Of a DNA stretch of 64,000 nucleotides, positions 30,229 through 40,634 are shown piece after piece (position 1 is the first letter of the stretch; every line of letters begins with the position of its first letter). Made by a program: the position numbers and the translations under genes. Source of the DNA: Gemmatimonadota bacterium (GTDB lineage: Bacteria > Gemmatimonadota > Gemmatimonadetes > Palauibacterales > Palauibacteraceae); contig OY762926.1 of NCBI GenBank assembly GCA_963666735.1, positions 32,001 to 96,000 of the forward strand, in the 5' to 3' direction. The notes beneath the pieces were generated by a model. The model saw nothing but the letters and a program-made list of their open reading frames with translations. It made no database searches and was not told where the DNA came from.

Positions 30229-33200
30229 TTAATCGAGGCCGAAAACGTACGCACGGCCCGGGCCAGTTGTATCCAGGTCGAACCGGGCAGAGGCAAGCGC
30301 CTTCGCCTGCCGTTGCGGCGAAGCGTCGAAGGCATGTGGAACGTCACGAGCCGGGCGGAGGAAACCGAATCCGTGATCGAGATGGCAACGCCAGCGCGTT
30401 TCGTCGTCCCATGTGATTTCGAATTTTCGTTCATGCGGGACACGCTTGCTGCTGCGGAAGACAATCTCAAGCGGTAGCGGCGTGGTGCCGAAGAGGTGTT
30501 CGATCGCGGCCTTCGCTTCTCGGGTCAACGTCCAGTCGTCCTGAATCCACTGACGCTGCGAGGCACGCTTCGCCGGGGTCGTAGTGAGAACGCGAAAACG
30601 TGCGTCGCGCGCCCCGTCTCCCGCGGTTGTTGCCAGCTCGGTAACGACTTCCAGGAGGATACGGGCGACCAGCGGGGAGCGAACGTAGCGATCTTGATAC
30701 ACCACGCGCTGAATAGGTAGGCCTCGCTCCAAGCGCTCGGACAGGGCGGGAGAAGCGCTCCGGATCGCCTGCCAGAACGCCGCACCGGTCTTGTTGATAG
30801 GGACGCGGAGATGGTCACCGAGCGCGAGGCTGCTCGCCTGGCCGGGCGGCGGCGCGTCGAGTTGAGACGCTTCTACCGGATCCAGCGCAGCCGGGACTTC
30901 CGTCGAGTACCCCCTAACTACGTGGGCGCCTTCTCCAGACACGCCCCATTCGGGGCCGGGGATCAGTGCGTCAGGGGTTCGAGCGGCGAACGTAACGGTC
31001 CGGCCCGGAGAGGAGAGTTCCGCAATGACGGATCGTTTGGGGCGGCGTGCGCGACCGCGGAGCAGCCGCAGGCCAAACGTCTGCTCCCAGACCATGAGTT
31101 GCAGCCGTTCTTCGCGCGGAATCGCAGTCACGTCACGCGGAAGAACCAGTTCGACCTGATGACGCTTGTCGGTCCAGCGCAGCAGGTCTCGGGCGAGCGT
31201 CCAGTCACAAAGAGACCACTGAGATTCGTCGTCGCCCAAGTGAAGGCGCACCGTGTCGGTAGGGCCAAGCTCTCGGCGGATGGCGTCGTCGACCGGTTCG
31301 AACTCGAACCGTGTGTCGGGACCGAACAGTTGTTCCTCGACCGGGAGATCGAGTGCCGCCAGGAAGGTGTCGCTCAGGATGTTACGCGCCCGATGGCGGT
31401 CCAGGCGGTCCACATCGTGATGTGTGTCGTATGAGAGAAGACACGCGTGACAGGCCTTGTCGCAGCCTCGCGCGCAGTCGAGGGTTCTGCGCGCCTGGCG
31501 CAGCAACGCCGGCAGGTGTTCCGGAGCCTGAGCGACGAAGCCTGCGCCACCCGTGGCGTGGTCGTAAAGGAGGATCGACACGTTCGTTTCGCCCGTCTCC
31601 TCGACCCTGGCCCTCTTGATAGCCCAGCCGATTTCGCGACTCTCCACGCCGATCCTCTGGGAGAGAGCCTCGCGCAACGCGACGGCGATAGAGGAGGCTG
31701 CCACAGCGTCGATGGCTTCCTTGGAGTCGGTATCCTCGTCACCATCGACGGCGGACGCGAAGTGGACGGGGCGTACCTGGAGTTCGAATACATCGGTCTC
31801 GCGGGAGACGCCAAGCCATTCATTGCGACGGATCGTGTAGGTCCCGTCGTTCCCCGAGCAAAGGTTGTCCGGTCCGACCGTCGACCCGCCCCGAAGCGGC
31901 TTGTGCCCTCGCATTCGCTTCGGGCGCTCGCCCTTCTTCTCGTGCTCGGCCACAGCGCGACCGCAGTGCAGGCAGATCGCGAATCCGTGCCCGTACTCGC
32001 CTGAAGTATGGTGGAACACCTGCCCGGAGGCGCTGTACCTGAAGCGACCCAGTGCGGAGACTGCGAGACTCTGCCACGGTTCGCCGCCCGTGGAGATTTG
32101 AGGGGGCTGCGTCGGAACGTGAGAGAAGCGACTCAGGTCGTTGTTGAGCGAGTCGCGGATGTCCACCGCGAAGCCGGCGGGTTCGATGTAACTGTGCACC
32201 TCGAGGGGCGATTCACGTCCCGCGCAGTAGCTGGATTCGCACAGCTCTGGTCGTCGTATCCCGGTGCCCACCGCTCCGCAATACCTGCAGCGCCACGAGT
32301 GCCGGAGTGCCTGTATCTCTCTCGCAGCCTCGTCGGTCGGAGGGATCTTCCAGTTCAGGGTGAGGCCGGAGGACGTGAGGGCGCGCCCATCGAGGATCAC
32401 ATTCGCACCCGGGCCATACTCGTACAGCGCGGCCGACAGGTGCCGCGTCGGATATTGGCGTACGCGAGAGAAGTTGTCCTCCCGGCCGCTCCGAGTGTCA
32501 GTACGTCCTCGTCGCCTCCACTTCAAGTCATCCTTCGTGGTGGTGACAAGTGGAACGACCTGGGTCGGGAATCCATAGCCAGGCAGGAAGTTCCGGACGG
32601 CGAGTTCCCGCAACAAGTACTCCCCGCGTAGGCGGCGCAACTGAAGTTCGATCGCTCGGCGAGCTGCGTCAGTGGACGGATGTTCAGCGAAGCCTTCCAA
32701 CTCGCGAAGCAGCGGTTCGATCTCCGCCGCCCACGCCTTCGCGGCGGCCGCGATGCGATCATCGACCATCGACAACAACCGGTCGATCTCGGTTCCGCCC
32801 AGGGTGGAGCCGCGCAACAGCCGCTGTAGGCCCGTCTCGATCCATCGATCAGTACGGGCGTCATTCTTCAGCCACCTGCGAAACTGGTCGCACACCGACG
32901 ACGCTTGGTCGCGCTGCTCGAAGAACCAACCGGCGGACAATCGGTGAAGCTCCTGTTCATGCAACCGGCTCGCGAAGAAACGCGTGAGCGTGAGGGCGTT
33001 GACGTGCCGGCGTACGATTCGCTCGCTGTGGAGACCCACACGGGTCACGTGCAGCGGGGTCTTGAACGGCCACAACGGATTTCGAAAGACGTGCTCACCG
33101 TGCGCGGACGTGTTGCAGAGGGTGAGACTGATGGCTCGCGACTCGCCACGGCGACCCGCTCGGCCCGCCCTCTGCAAATAGTTGGCCGGACTCGGGGGTG

Positions 33201-36200
33201 CGTTGTTCATCGCGACGGCCGACAGTCCTCCGATGTCGACTCCCATCTCCATCGTTGTGGAGCAACTGAGCACGTTGACCCGTCCGCGCCGGAACCGGTC
33301 CTCCAGGTCTCGGAGACGTGCCGCGCTTAGCTGGGCGGAGTGTTCCGCGACCTGAAAATAGTCGACATGCTCGAAGATGCGGCGACTCCAGCCGCGCCAA
33401 ACACCGAGCCGTTCGAGCTCCGCGATCTCGGGATCGCCGCGTATCTCCTCGTCGATCTCCTCTCGGCTATAGGAGCCACCCATGGGTTTGCGCCAGAACG
33501 GTGCCTTGAGCAGGGGCATCCGAAGGCGTGTCGCCGTGAGTTCCTCGGAACGGAGGCCAGGCACCACGTATGGTGTTAGCCCCCCCACGGTGGTATCCAG
33601 GACGCGACGGGTGATTGGACAGAGCCACGCCTCCTGCACCTCACGCAGAACCACGCCCGCCCCGAAGTTCAGTCGATGTCCCCGTGCGCCGCTCACCAGG
33701 ACCGTCCTAACTTGACGCCACGCCAGCCGCAGACACGCGTCGATATCGGCTCGCGCCTCGGTACTCTCCAACGGGTCAACTTCCAGCAGCAACCCAAGAA
33801 GCTGGACGAACCGAGACCGGAGGGTGGCGCCCGCGGCAAGGGGCCACCGCACCGCGCCCTCGAAACGCTCCGCGTCCGGCCCAATCAGCACCGTGGGCCT
33901 GTGCGGAACCCCAAGCCAGGGGATGAACTCGCCCCTCACCTCGATGCTGCGCCGCCCCCGCGCCAAGTGGTCGAGCATCAGCTTCAGGAAATTCCGCCAC
34001 TCCGTCGGATCCAAGCCGCGACGTCGCCAGGGATTGGGCGGCTCCAGGCGGTCCCGCAGAGCACGGTATTCCACCGAGACGAAACCGAGGGTCTCGAGTG
34101 ACGTCTGACGCTTTGGGCGTCGAGCGAACTCTCGTAAGAGGGCGATCTCGGCAAGCTCGGCCGGTTCCAGATCTGCGAGCGGTAGATGCCGCCAATGGTC
34201 CGGCAACCACTTGGATATCTCCGTCTCCTGCGACAGCTTCGCGACAGCATCGTTCCAGGCTCGGCAGCCCAACTTCGGTACCGCGAGGTCGGCTCGTTCG
34301 GCCTTCTTGTCACCGATGATCTGCTGTATTGAAGGATTCTCTGATCTGAGCTTCTCGAGCGCCTCGATTTCAGCATTCAGTTGAATGGTGCGCGCTGGGT
34401 CTGGAGCATGGTCGGTCCGTGCGGCCGCGGTCAGGTGGTAGATGGCCCCGCGCGTGTAGTTCCGTTCGGAGTCGACCTGCGCTGCGAGCGCGAACCGGGC
34501 CGTGCCTTGGCGGCTGTCCGTGAACGTGAGGAGCCGGCGTCCACCAAACGGGAGCGACCCGGGCTCCCGATCCGTCAGTTCAGGTGTGTAGTCGAGCATG
34601 ATGGGCGTCGTATTGCGGAGGATAAGCTGCGCACCCCCACGCAGCGGTCGCAGCAGCCAGTCGGCTCGGCGGCTCGTACGGCACTCGGGACAGCGAGGGT
34701 GTCCCGACGACCCCGGGAGCACTTCTCCAAACTCGAGTGCGGCGCCGGTGTCCGGAGCCACCCAGCGACCACTTCTCCGGTCGAGATGGACAAGTGGCAC
34801 GTCGGGCGTGGTAGGGTGGGCCAGATACCGGTCGAGTCCGTCTCCGCCTGCATCGCGCTCATCGTCGTCACCTTCGTCGCCGTCATGGTCGGCAAGCTCC
34901 GGCACCTCATCGGTTTCCTCAACGCTGCCCACGTCGCGCGCAACGAGCGTCCGATCCTCGAGGACCATGCGGCCCGCGAGATACTCCTTCCCGCATTCCG
35001 CGCACAGGACCAACGCGAGGACGAGGGAATCGCATTCATTGCATCGCGCCCGCCGCTCGAAGAACAACTTGCCGAAGGCCCACTCGAAATCGGCGAGCGG
35101 CGTCCCGTTCCGCCCGGGGCAGTGTTTCGAGACGCACGCCCACACGCCCCCCTGCGTACGGTGAAAGAAGTGGCCCCTGACGCGCAGGAACCACTCGCCA
35201 TCAACCTTGGCGCTCGTCGCGATGTCGATGAGTTGGAGAGTCTCTCGGCGTTCCGCCACAGCCGACAATGCCGGCGCCGTCCGGTCCGGGGCATCGCGCC
35301 GGATCTTGGTCAACTGGGTTAGGCTGAGGATGCCGTCGGATGCAAGCAGTTCGCGCCGGAGTCGCTGTCCCACTGCCGACGAGGCCAGTCTAGCTCCACG
35401 CTCTGTCGGCTCCATGCGGCGGAGTTCGTCCATGGCAGGAAGCGGCTCGTCGGGATCGTCGGGGGTTGTCGCGGCGACATCGGGAGAACTGCGTGAACCG
35501 CGAACGACGTGAACCGAGTCGCGGTCGATCCCTCCCAAGTCCGCGAGGAAGTCCCTCAGCCGCCCCTCGCTCTCCTCGCTCTTGTCGCCGATCGTCGCCG
35601 AGGTGGCGATAAACCGGACTTGCGACGGGTCGACATCGAACGCGTGCAGGACACGTCGCAGGAGCAGAGCAATCTCGGCGGAGCGGGAGCCCTGATATGT
35701 GTGGGCCTCGTCGAGGACGATCCAGCGCAACAGACCTTTGGACTGGTCGATAATCGGTTTGTCCTCGAGACGCACCAGCATGTACTCCAGCATGGTGGCG
35801 TTGGTGACTAGGATAGGAGGCGGATCCTTGCGCAGGGTTGCGCGGTCCTCGACCAGTTCCGGGGCGAGCCGTTTGGCCTCGGCCGCCGACAGCTCGTTTG
35901 GCGTGTCACCTTTGTACAGGCAGTAGCGAATGTCGCCCTTGAAGGGGCGCGACCACGCGCTCAGCCGATCGCGCTGGCTGTTGATGAGCGCGTTGAGCGG
36001 ATAGAGAAACAGCGCCCGCACTCCACGAAGCCGCTCCTGTTCGGCGCGGCGGACGAGGTCGTCCAGGATAGGGACCAGAAAACCTTCAGTTTTCCCCGAC
36101 CCCGTCCCGCTCGTGATGAGCACGGATCTCGGGTCTTCACGCTTGAGGTGCTCCCACGCCTCGTATTGGTGAGTGAACGGTTGGCGGCTGCGTGGGAAAA

Positions 36201-36501
36201 CGTATTCCCTGAGGCGGTCGTCGTCGGCCTCGGTGTCCATCGCCGTCACCAGCGCCTCGGCGAGGAAGTCCATCTCGGCGAGGTCTGACATGGTGATGTC
36301 CGCCGTTTCCCAATCGAAAATCGCCTCGAACACCGGGTCCGCAAGGAAGCTGTGGCGGTGCCCGGCGGGCTGCTGGAGGATTTGCGACAGGTACGTGCGC
36401 AGGGGATCGGTGCGGGGTCCGTAGATCCCCAGGAGCGAGCTCGCCGACCGTTCTACGAGGTCACGCGCAAGCGGTTCAAAGAAACGAGTCGAAGTGTCCA
36501 T
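30229..36501 (-). CDS. druE: Large DEAH helicase with DUF1998, Druantia type III DruE-like (2090 aa)
   Basis: SGTGSGKT, LYPLNALINSQ, LDEAHTY, TTMEMGVDIG, QRAGRAGRR, several CxxC, C-terminal CARGCDKACHACL. Confidence 0.85.
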   Translation of the reverse strand: MDTSTRFFEPLARDLVERSASSLLGIYGPRTDPLRTYLSQILQQPAGHRHSFLADPVFEAIFDWETADITMSDLAEMDFLAEALVTAMDTEADDDRLREYVFPRSRQPFTHQYEAWEHLKREDPRSVLITSGTGSGKTEGFLVPILDDLVRRAEQERLRGVRALFLYPLNALINSQRDRLSAWSRPFKGDIRYCLYKGDTPNELSAAEAKRLAPELVEDRATLRKDPPPILVTNATMLEYMLVRLEDKPIIDQSKGLLRWIVLDEAHTYQGSRSAEIALLLRRVLHAFDVDPSQVRFIATSATIGDKSEESEGRLRDFLADLGGIDRDSVHVVRGSRSSPDVAATTPDDPDEPLPAMDELRRMEPTERGARLASSAVGQRLRRELLASDGILSLTQLTKIRRDAPDRTAPALSAVAERRETLQLIDIATSAKVDGEWFLRVRGHFFHRTQGGVWACVSKHCPGRNGTPLADFEWAFGKLFFERRARCNECDSLVLALVLCAECGKEYLAGRMVLEDRTLVARDVGSVEETDEVPELADHDGDEGDDDERDAGGDGLDRYLAHPTTPDVPLVHLDRRSGRWVAPDTGAALEFGEVLPGSSGHPRCPECRTSRRADWLLRPLRGGAQLILRNTTPIMLDYTPELTDREPGSLPFGGRRLLTFTDSRQGTARFALAAQVDSERNYTRGAIYHLTAAARTDHAPDPARTIQLNAEIEALEKLRSENPSIQQIIGDKKAERADLAVPKLGCRAWNDAVAKLSQETEISKWLPDHWRHLPLADLEPAELAEIALLREFARRPKRQTSLETLGFVSVEYRALRDRLEPPNPWRRRGLDPTEWRNFLKLMLDHLARGRRSIEVRGEFIPWLGVPHRPTVLIGPDAERFEGAVRWPLAAGATLRSRFVQLLGLLLEVDPLESTEARADIDACLRLAWRQVRTVLVSGARGHRLNFGAGVVLREVQEAWLCPITRRVLDTTVGGLTPYVVPGLRSEELTATRLRMPLLKAPFWRKPMGGSYSREEIDEEIRGDPEIAELERLGVWRGWSRRIFEHVDYFQVAEHSAQLSAARLRDLEDRFRRGRVNVLSCSTTMEMGVDIGGLSAVAMNNAPPSPANYLQRAGRAGRRGESRAISLTLCNTSAHGEHVFRNPLWPFKTPLHVTRVGLHSERIVRRHVNALTLTRFFASRLHEQELHRLSAGWFFEQRDQASSVCDQFRRWLKNDARTDRWIETGLQRLLRGSTLGGTEIDRLLSMVDDRIAAAAKAWAAEIEPLLRELEGFAEHPSTDAARRAIELQLRRLRGEYLLRELAVRNFLPGYGFPTQVVPLVTTTKDDLKWRRRGRTDTRSGREDNFSRVRQYPTRHLSAALYEYGPGANVILDGRALTSSGLTLNWKIPPTDEAAREIQALRHSWRCRYCGAVGTGIRRPELCESSYCAGRESPLEVHSYIEPAGFAVDIRDSLNNDLSRFSHVPTQPPQISTGGEPWQSLAVSALGRFRYSASGQVFHHTSGEYGHGFAICLHCGRAVAEHEKKGERPKRMRGHKPLRGGSTVGPDNLCSGNDGTYTIRRNEWLGVSRETDVFELQVRPVHFASAVDGDEDTDSKEAIDAVAASSIAVALREALSQRIGVESREIGWAIKRARVEETGETNVSILLYDHATGGAGFVAQAPEHLPALLRQARRTLDCARGCDKACHACLLSYDTHHDVDRLDRHRARNILSDTFLAALDLPVEEQLFGPDTRFEFEPVDDAIRRELGPTDTVRLHLGDDESQWSLCDWTLARDLLRWTDKRHQVELVLPRDVTAIPREERLQLMVWEQTFGLRLLRGRARRPKRSVIAELSSPGRTVTFAARTPDALIPGPEWGVSGEGAHVVRGYSTEVPAALDPVEASQLDAPPPGQASSLALGDHLRVPINKTGAAFWQAIRSASPALSERLERGLPIQRVVYQDRYVRSPLVARILLEVVTELATTAGDGARDARFRVLTTTPAKRASQRQWIQDDWTLTREAKAAIEHLFGTTPLPLEIVFRSSKRVPHERKFEITWDDETRWRCHLDHGFGFLRPARDVPHAFDASPQRQAKALASARFDLDTTGPGRAYVFGLD

Positions 36502-36508
36502 ACGCAGA

Positions 36509-39500
36509 CTATTCTTCAAGGTGTCCTTGGATTCTATCGGCCTCTCGCAGGCCGAAGGCGATACGTTCGGCGAGTTCCAACGTGCGGTCGAACCAACCCG
36601 CGTGGCCCGAGCGCGCTCCCCGGATCCGTCGTGCCAGGTCCTGTTCGACTGCGTCCTCCGCCACAACGAGAACGGCTGTCAGCGCAGGCGCGTACACGAA
36701 ACTCGCGTGCCTCGAGGCCATCATCGCAGTGTCGTCGGTCGTGCGGAACAGCCGGGCGGACCAGAGGTGAGCCGTCTGCGTACGCTCGATCTCCTCTTGC
36801 ACGCCCGGCAGATCCGGAGGACCGGCCTGCTCCGAATAGAACGATGGGCAGCCACGGAGTTGTTCAACGTAGTCCCCGAATAGCGCATCCAGTATTGCGG
36901 GGTTCACAATGCGCCGCGAGTCCGGAGGGATCAGGCGGCCCGTCGTGCGGCCGTTCAGGAAGCCGAAAGCTGGAGCCAGCCCGCCCAGCTTGACCTTAAC
37001 GCGATCGAGGCTGCGGTCCATCTCACCGTCGAGGATGTCACACGCCAGATCAGTATCGTCGACTTCCTCCAATTCGTTCTGCCAGTGTTCGGCATAGACG
37101 CAGAATGCTCGCTCCCACCCCTGCACCGGCAGTTGCCACCACGCGAACGGGAAGGTTTCCATCCGCTCCCAGAGGAGCGAGAAATCGGCCGCTCCAGCGT
37201 GGGCGGCGGCCATCGCACAGGCATTGGAGTCGCGAGCCAGCGCCCGGAGCAACGGGAACACCATGAGCGGGAAGGACTCCAATCCGAGATACCGGAAAAC
37301 CAACGGCCAGTCCTCGTGCCCCGGATCGGTGGCCAGGGCGCGGACTACGGAGCGGAACGGTTGGTCCCCGAATGCCTGATCCTTCGCGAATGCAGCAGCG
37401 TAGGCTTGGGCTACGGTGATCGGGTCCTTCGACGGGGTGCCGGCGACCGTCTCATTTGGCAGCGGGATATTCAGAGGCAGCGGGCTGACCCGCTGTTGAT
37501 CGCCCTGGCGGCCGCAAATCAAGTAGGGACCGGGCCTAAGATCCGGCGGTAATCTCCACGTATGCTCAGACGAGGGCTGTAAACGGATAGGGTCTTGGTC
37601 GGGTTCAAGGAGGGCGAGCACCTCCACCGCCAGCGAAGTCAGGTCTTCGCTGGAGGCCTGCTCTTGGCTCCTCGCGTCGAGCATCACAAAGCGGTTTGGA
37701 TCCGTCTCCTGCGTTCGAAACGCGAGATCGAAACGGGTAACAAGGACATCGGCGTCGGGAAGCGTGGCGCCCGACCCTCGATTTGCGATGCGTAGTCTGA
37801 CCGAGGAATCCAAGTAGTCTGCAAATTCCAGCCGTTCCGCGATGTCCTCGCCCACCTGCCCCAAGTCGAGCGCATGATGTCCGTAGCTCACCCGCGGAAT
37901 CTCGCGAGTGAAGACATCGGGACGTGAGGTGGAGTCGTCTCGACCGCCGACAGAGCCCCGGCCCTCGCCCCACAGAACGAATTCCGCGCGACCAGGGGCG
38001 ATGACCTCCGCCCGGACCCCCGCCAGAGATCCCTCCGTAACGCGAGCGCCATCCGGCAATCGGCCGCCATCGGCCGAAAGGAACGCAGCGCGTCGGGCCG
38101 GGAATGGCAGGGTCGGCATCATTCTGCCACCCTCGGACCAGTCTACCACAAGCCGGACGTCTCGCGGCGGTTCTCCAGAGGCTCGCAGCTGAAGACCGAA
38201 GCCGTCCCGGTCGGGCGATGCCACCGCGTGAAGCCCGGGAGTCTCCGGAACTGCGGCCACAACGTCACCGAACCGTATAAACCGGATGTCGCCACATGCG
38301 GGGTCCGACGAGGGTCGAATCTCGATGTCGGCCCCGGGCGGCAGCACGCAAATCGATATCGAATGGTGCACGATGCCGTTCGTGATGTACCTCAGCCGAC
38401 CTTCGCCAACGATCGCCCCCGAGGCCACTGCCGCGCAGGAGTAGGCGACCCAGCGTCCGTCAGGTGCGCTCGATCTCCATTCGAGGTGCCGCTCCGGCAC
38501 CCGCTCCACGAATTCTCCTTCTCTGCGTTTGTAAACTGCAGGCCCTCCGAGGAAGACGATCACCGCGTCGCCGAACCGTTTCGTGGTGCCCGTCAAGAGA
38601 TACTCGAAGTCATCTGTGTCGACGGAAGCGCCGGTCTCCACGATCACGCGCGAATCGTCCGCCTCCGTGATGGTTGCCTTCCCGCGTACTCGGTAGACGC
38701 GGCGTGAACCCACGTTTCGGACGGAGCCGACCGGCTCCACCGACCCTTCGTCGCTCGTGATCGACGCTCCTGCCTCAACTGCGAGGAGGGCCCAGGGTGC
38801 GCGAACTCTCACCGTCCCTTGGCCGACCAGGCGGCAGGTTGAACGCGGTGGGTCCGTCGGTTCCATGGGTTCAAATGCCCAAGCGAGCTGTCCCAATGCT
38901 GCCGCACCGGGGAAACGATCTGTGCAGTACTCTGGATCGTATGTGCGTGCGATGAGTTTGCGCGGACCCGTCAGGTCCTCGGTTTGGAGCGCGTGAGCAG
39001 CCGGAAGCGCCTCCACCCGATAAACGTCTTCGCCATCGAGCCCGGCCTCCGTCACAAGCGCCAAGGCGCGGAACGTCCGTCTCTCCGTCTGGACGCCCAG
39101 GTGCAGACGCGAAGGAACCTCGTCAGGTGATTCGAAGCCGAATAGAACCTGGAGGCCCTCGCGGCTGATGGTCGCTGGCATGTCGAACGATCCCCGCAAC
39201 TCCCAGTCGCCGTCGGCAACAGGCACAAGGCACAGGTTCCATCGAACGTGGCTGCGCGCGCGCCTGGCGACTTCAATGGCATCTTCGATCAAGCCGTCGA
39301 GAAGAACGGTTGCTACTTCATCGGTGACCCTGAGAGGAAGTTCGTTGCGCCAATCCGGCCGCTTACGGTCCAGCTCTGGGACGGGCGTATCGCCGTTAGA
39401 GAGTTCCGCCTGCAGCCGCCAGATTGTTTCGATCAGTTCACCCGCCAACTCGTAAGTGACGTCTCGGCGCCACGCCGCTGGAAGCAGCTTCCGCGGCCCC

Positions 39501-40030
39501 GAGGCCAGATCGCGCGGCGGAAGGTCCGTGGCGCCGAGGAGACGGAACTCCTCCAGCACCGCCTTCAGATAACGGCGTAGGTGTGCGTCTTCGCGCAGGA
39601 TGAGCTTCAAGGGAAGTCCACCCTCGCACATGATGGTCACCAAGAAACCCTTGGCCGGGCCGAATCGGTAGATCGTGCGGCGCCACCCGAGGAGCCCGCG
39701 GGTGACGACATCTTTGAGCACATGGTACTGGCCGCCTGAGGGAGCGAATTCGGGCGTTCCAAGCGCGGCAAGAAGCGGTTCCCATTTCCATGGCCCGCCA
39801 TCGTAGTTTCGATGCCACCACTCGGAAGCCCACAAGCAGAAGGCCCTCGCCGCATCCATCGAGATAGGACCCTGCCCGAACGCTTTCTGGCGGAGCTCCC
39901 AATCGAGCACGCGTCCCAGGTCGGCTAACTCTCCGGCGCGGATACGGTATCGGTACAGAGGTCGACCGTCTGCCCCGGAGAGGTCGCGCGCGGCAAAGAA
40001 GTCCTCGAGGAAGACCTTGGCTGTCTTCAT
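36509..40030 (-). CDS. druH: DruH-like (STY4851/ECs_5259-type) protein
   Basis: DGRPLYRY, FCLWASEWW.R.Y.GG.W.W, EGGLP motifs; about 1170 aa directly upstream of DruE-like helicase. Confidence 0.75.
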   Translation of the reverse strand: MKTAKVFLEDFFAARDLSGADGRPLYRYRIRAGELADLGRVLDWELRQKAFGQGPISMDAARAFCLWASEWWHRNYDGGPWKWEPLLAALGTPEFAPSGGQYHVLKDVVTRGLLGWRRTIYRFGPAKGFLVTIMCEGGLPLKLILREDAHLRRYLKAVLEEFRLLGATDLPPRDLASGPRKLLPAAWRRDVTYELAGELIETIWRLQAELSNGDTPVPELDRKRPDWRNELPLRVTDEVATVLLDGLIEDAIEVARRARSHVRWNLCLVPVADGDWELRGSFDMPATISREGLQVLFGFESPDEVPSRLHLGVQTERRTFRALALVTEAGLDGEDVYRVEALPAAHALQTEDLTGPRKLIARTYDPEYCTDRFPGAAALGQLAWAFEPMEPTDPPRSTCRLVGQGTVRVRAPWALLAVEAGASITSDEGSVEPVGSVRNVGSRRVYRVRGKATITEADDSRVIVETGASVDTDDFEYLLTGTTKRFGDAVIVFLGGPAVYKRREGEFVERVPERHLEWRSSAPDGRWVAYSCAAVASGAIVGEGRLRYITNGIVHHSISICVLPPGADIEIRPSSDPACGDIRFIRFGDVVAAVPETPGLHAVASPDRDGFGLQLRASGEPPRDVRLVVDWSEGGRMMPTLPFPARRAAFLSADGGRLPDGARVTEGSLAGVRAEVIAPGRAEFVLWGEGRGSVGGRDDSTSRPDVFTREIPRVSYGHHALDLGQVGEDIAERLEFADYLDSSVRLRIANRGSGATLPDADVLVTRFDLAFRTQETDPNRFVMLDARSQEQASSEDLTSLAVEVLALLEPDQDPIRLQPSSEHTWRLPPDLRPGPYLICGRQGDQQRVSPLPLNIPLPNETVAGTPSKDPITVAQAYAAAFAKDQAFGDQPFRSVVRALATDPGHEDWPLVFRYLGLESFPLMVFPLLRALARDSNACAMAAAHAGAADFSLLWERMETFPFAWWQLPVQGWERAFCVYAEHWQNELEEVDDTDLACDILDGEMDRSLDRVKVKLGGLAPAFGFLNGRTTGRLIPPDSRRIVNPAILDALFGDYVEQLRGCPSFYSEQAGPPDLPGVQEEIERTQTAHLWSARLFRTTDDTAMMASRHASFVYAPALTAVLVVAEDAVEQDLARRIRGARSGHAGWFDRTLELAERIAFGLREADRIQGHLEE

Positions 40031-40031
40031 C

Positions 40032-40460
40032 TTAGTCCAATACGGCTGCGGACAGCTTGCCTTGAGCGCGAAGAAACGCCATGCAAAACTGTGCCAGCTC
40101 ATCAACGGTCAAGTAACTCTTGCACATGTTCGTCCGCTGGCCGCAGATGGCGAAATCCGCTTTGCCGGTCGAGGGATCGATATGGTCGACTGTTGGTCGC
40201 AGAGCGAACCTGCGCGGGTCTCTTGGGTCGTAGATAACGACCAAGAGCGACCAGTCCAGCTCCTCACCTGTATGAGAGTCGTATCCGCCCGACTCCAGTA
40301 CTGCATCGTGGATATCGCTGATGTAGCCGGACACGCTCGTGTCGGGGAATCGCTTCCGATCCTCTACGACGTGTGATTTGGCTCGGCGCTCGAGCCATCC
40401 GTTGTAGTCATCATGGGATACCACGCCTTCCAGGAACGTCGGCAGCACCTGCCTGGCCAT
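40032..40460 (-). CDS. Small HNH-like endonuclease
   Basis: TGEELDW...RPTVDHIDP...ICGQRTNMCK; stop lies 1 nt before the druH ATG; ggag RBS. Confidence 0.65.
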   Translation of the reverse strand: MARQVLPTFLEGVVSHDDYNGWLERRAKSHVVEDRKRFPDTSVSGYISDIHDAVLESGGYDSHTGEELDWSLLVVIYDPRDPRRFALRPTVDHIDPSTGKADFAICGQRTNMCKSYLTVDELAQFCMAFLRAQGKLSAAVLD

Positions 40461-40634
40461 TTTCGTTCTCCTTACGGCGGCTCTTGGTGACCGCACTCGT
40501 CGACTCCTGCAAGGGCTCGTTCACCGGGAGCAGCGAGTAGTCTGGGGAAGACCTTCGCTCAAGAACGTTGAAGGCGCCGACGCTAAAGGCAACATCCGCA
40601 TCGATCTCCCCGTTCGTCGCGTCGTCACGACATG

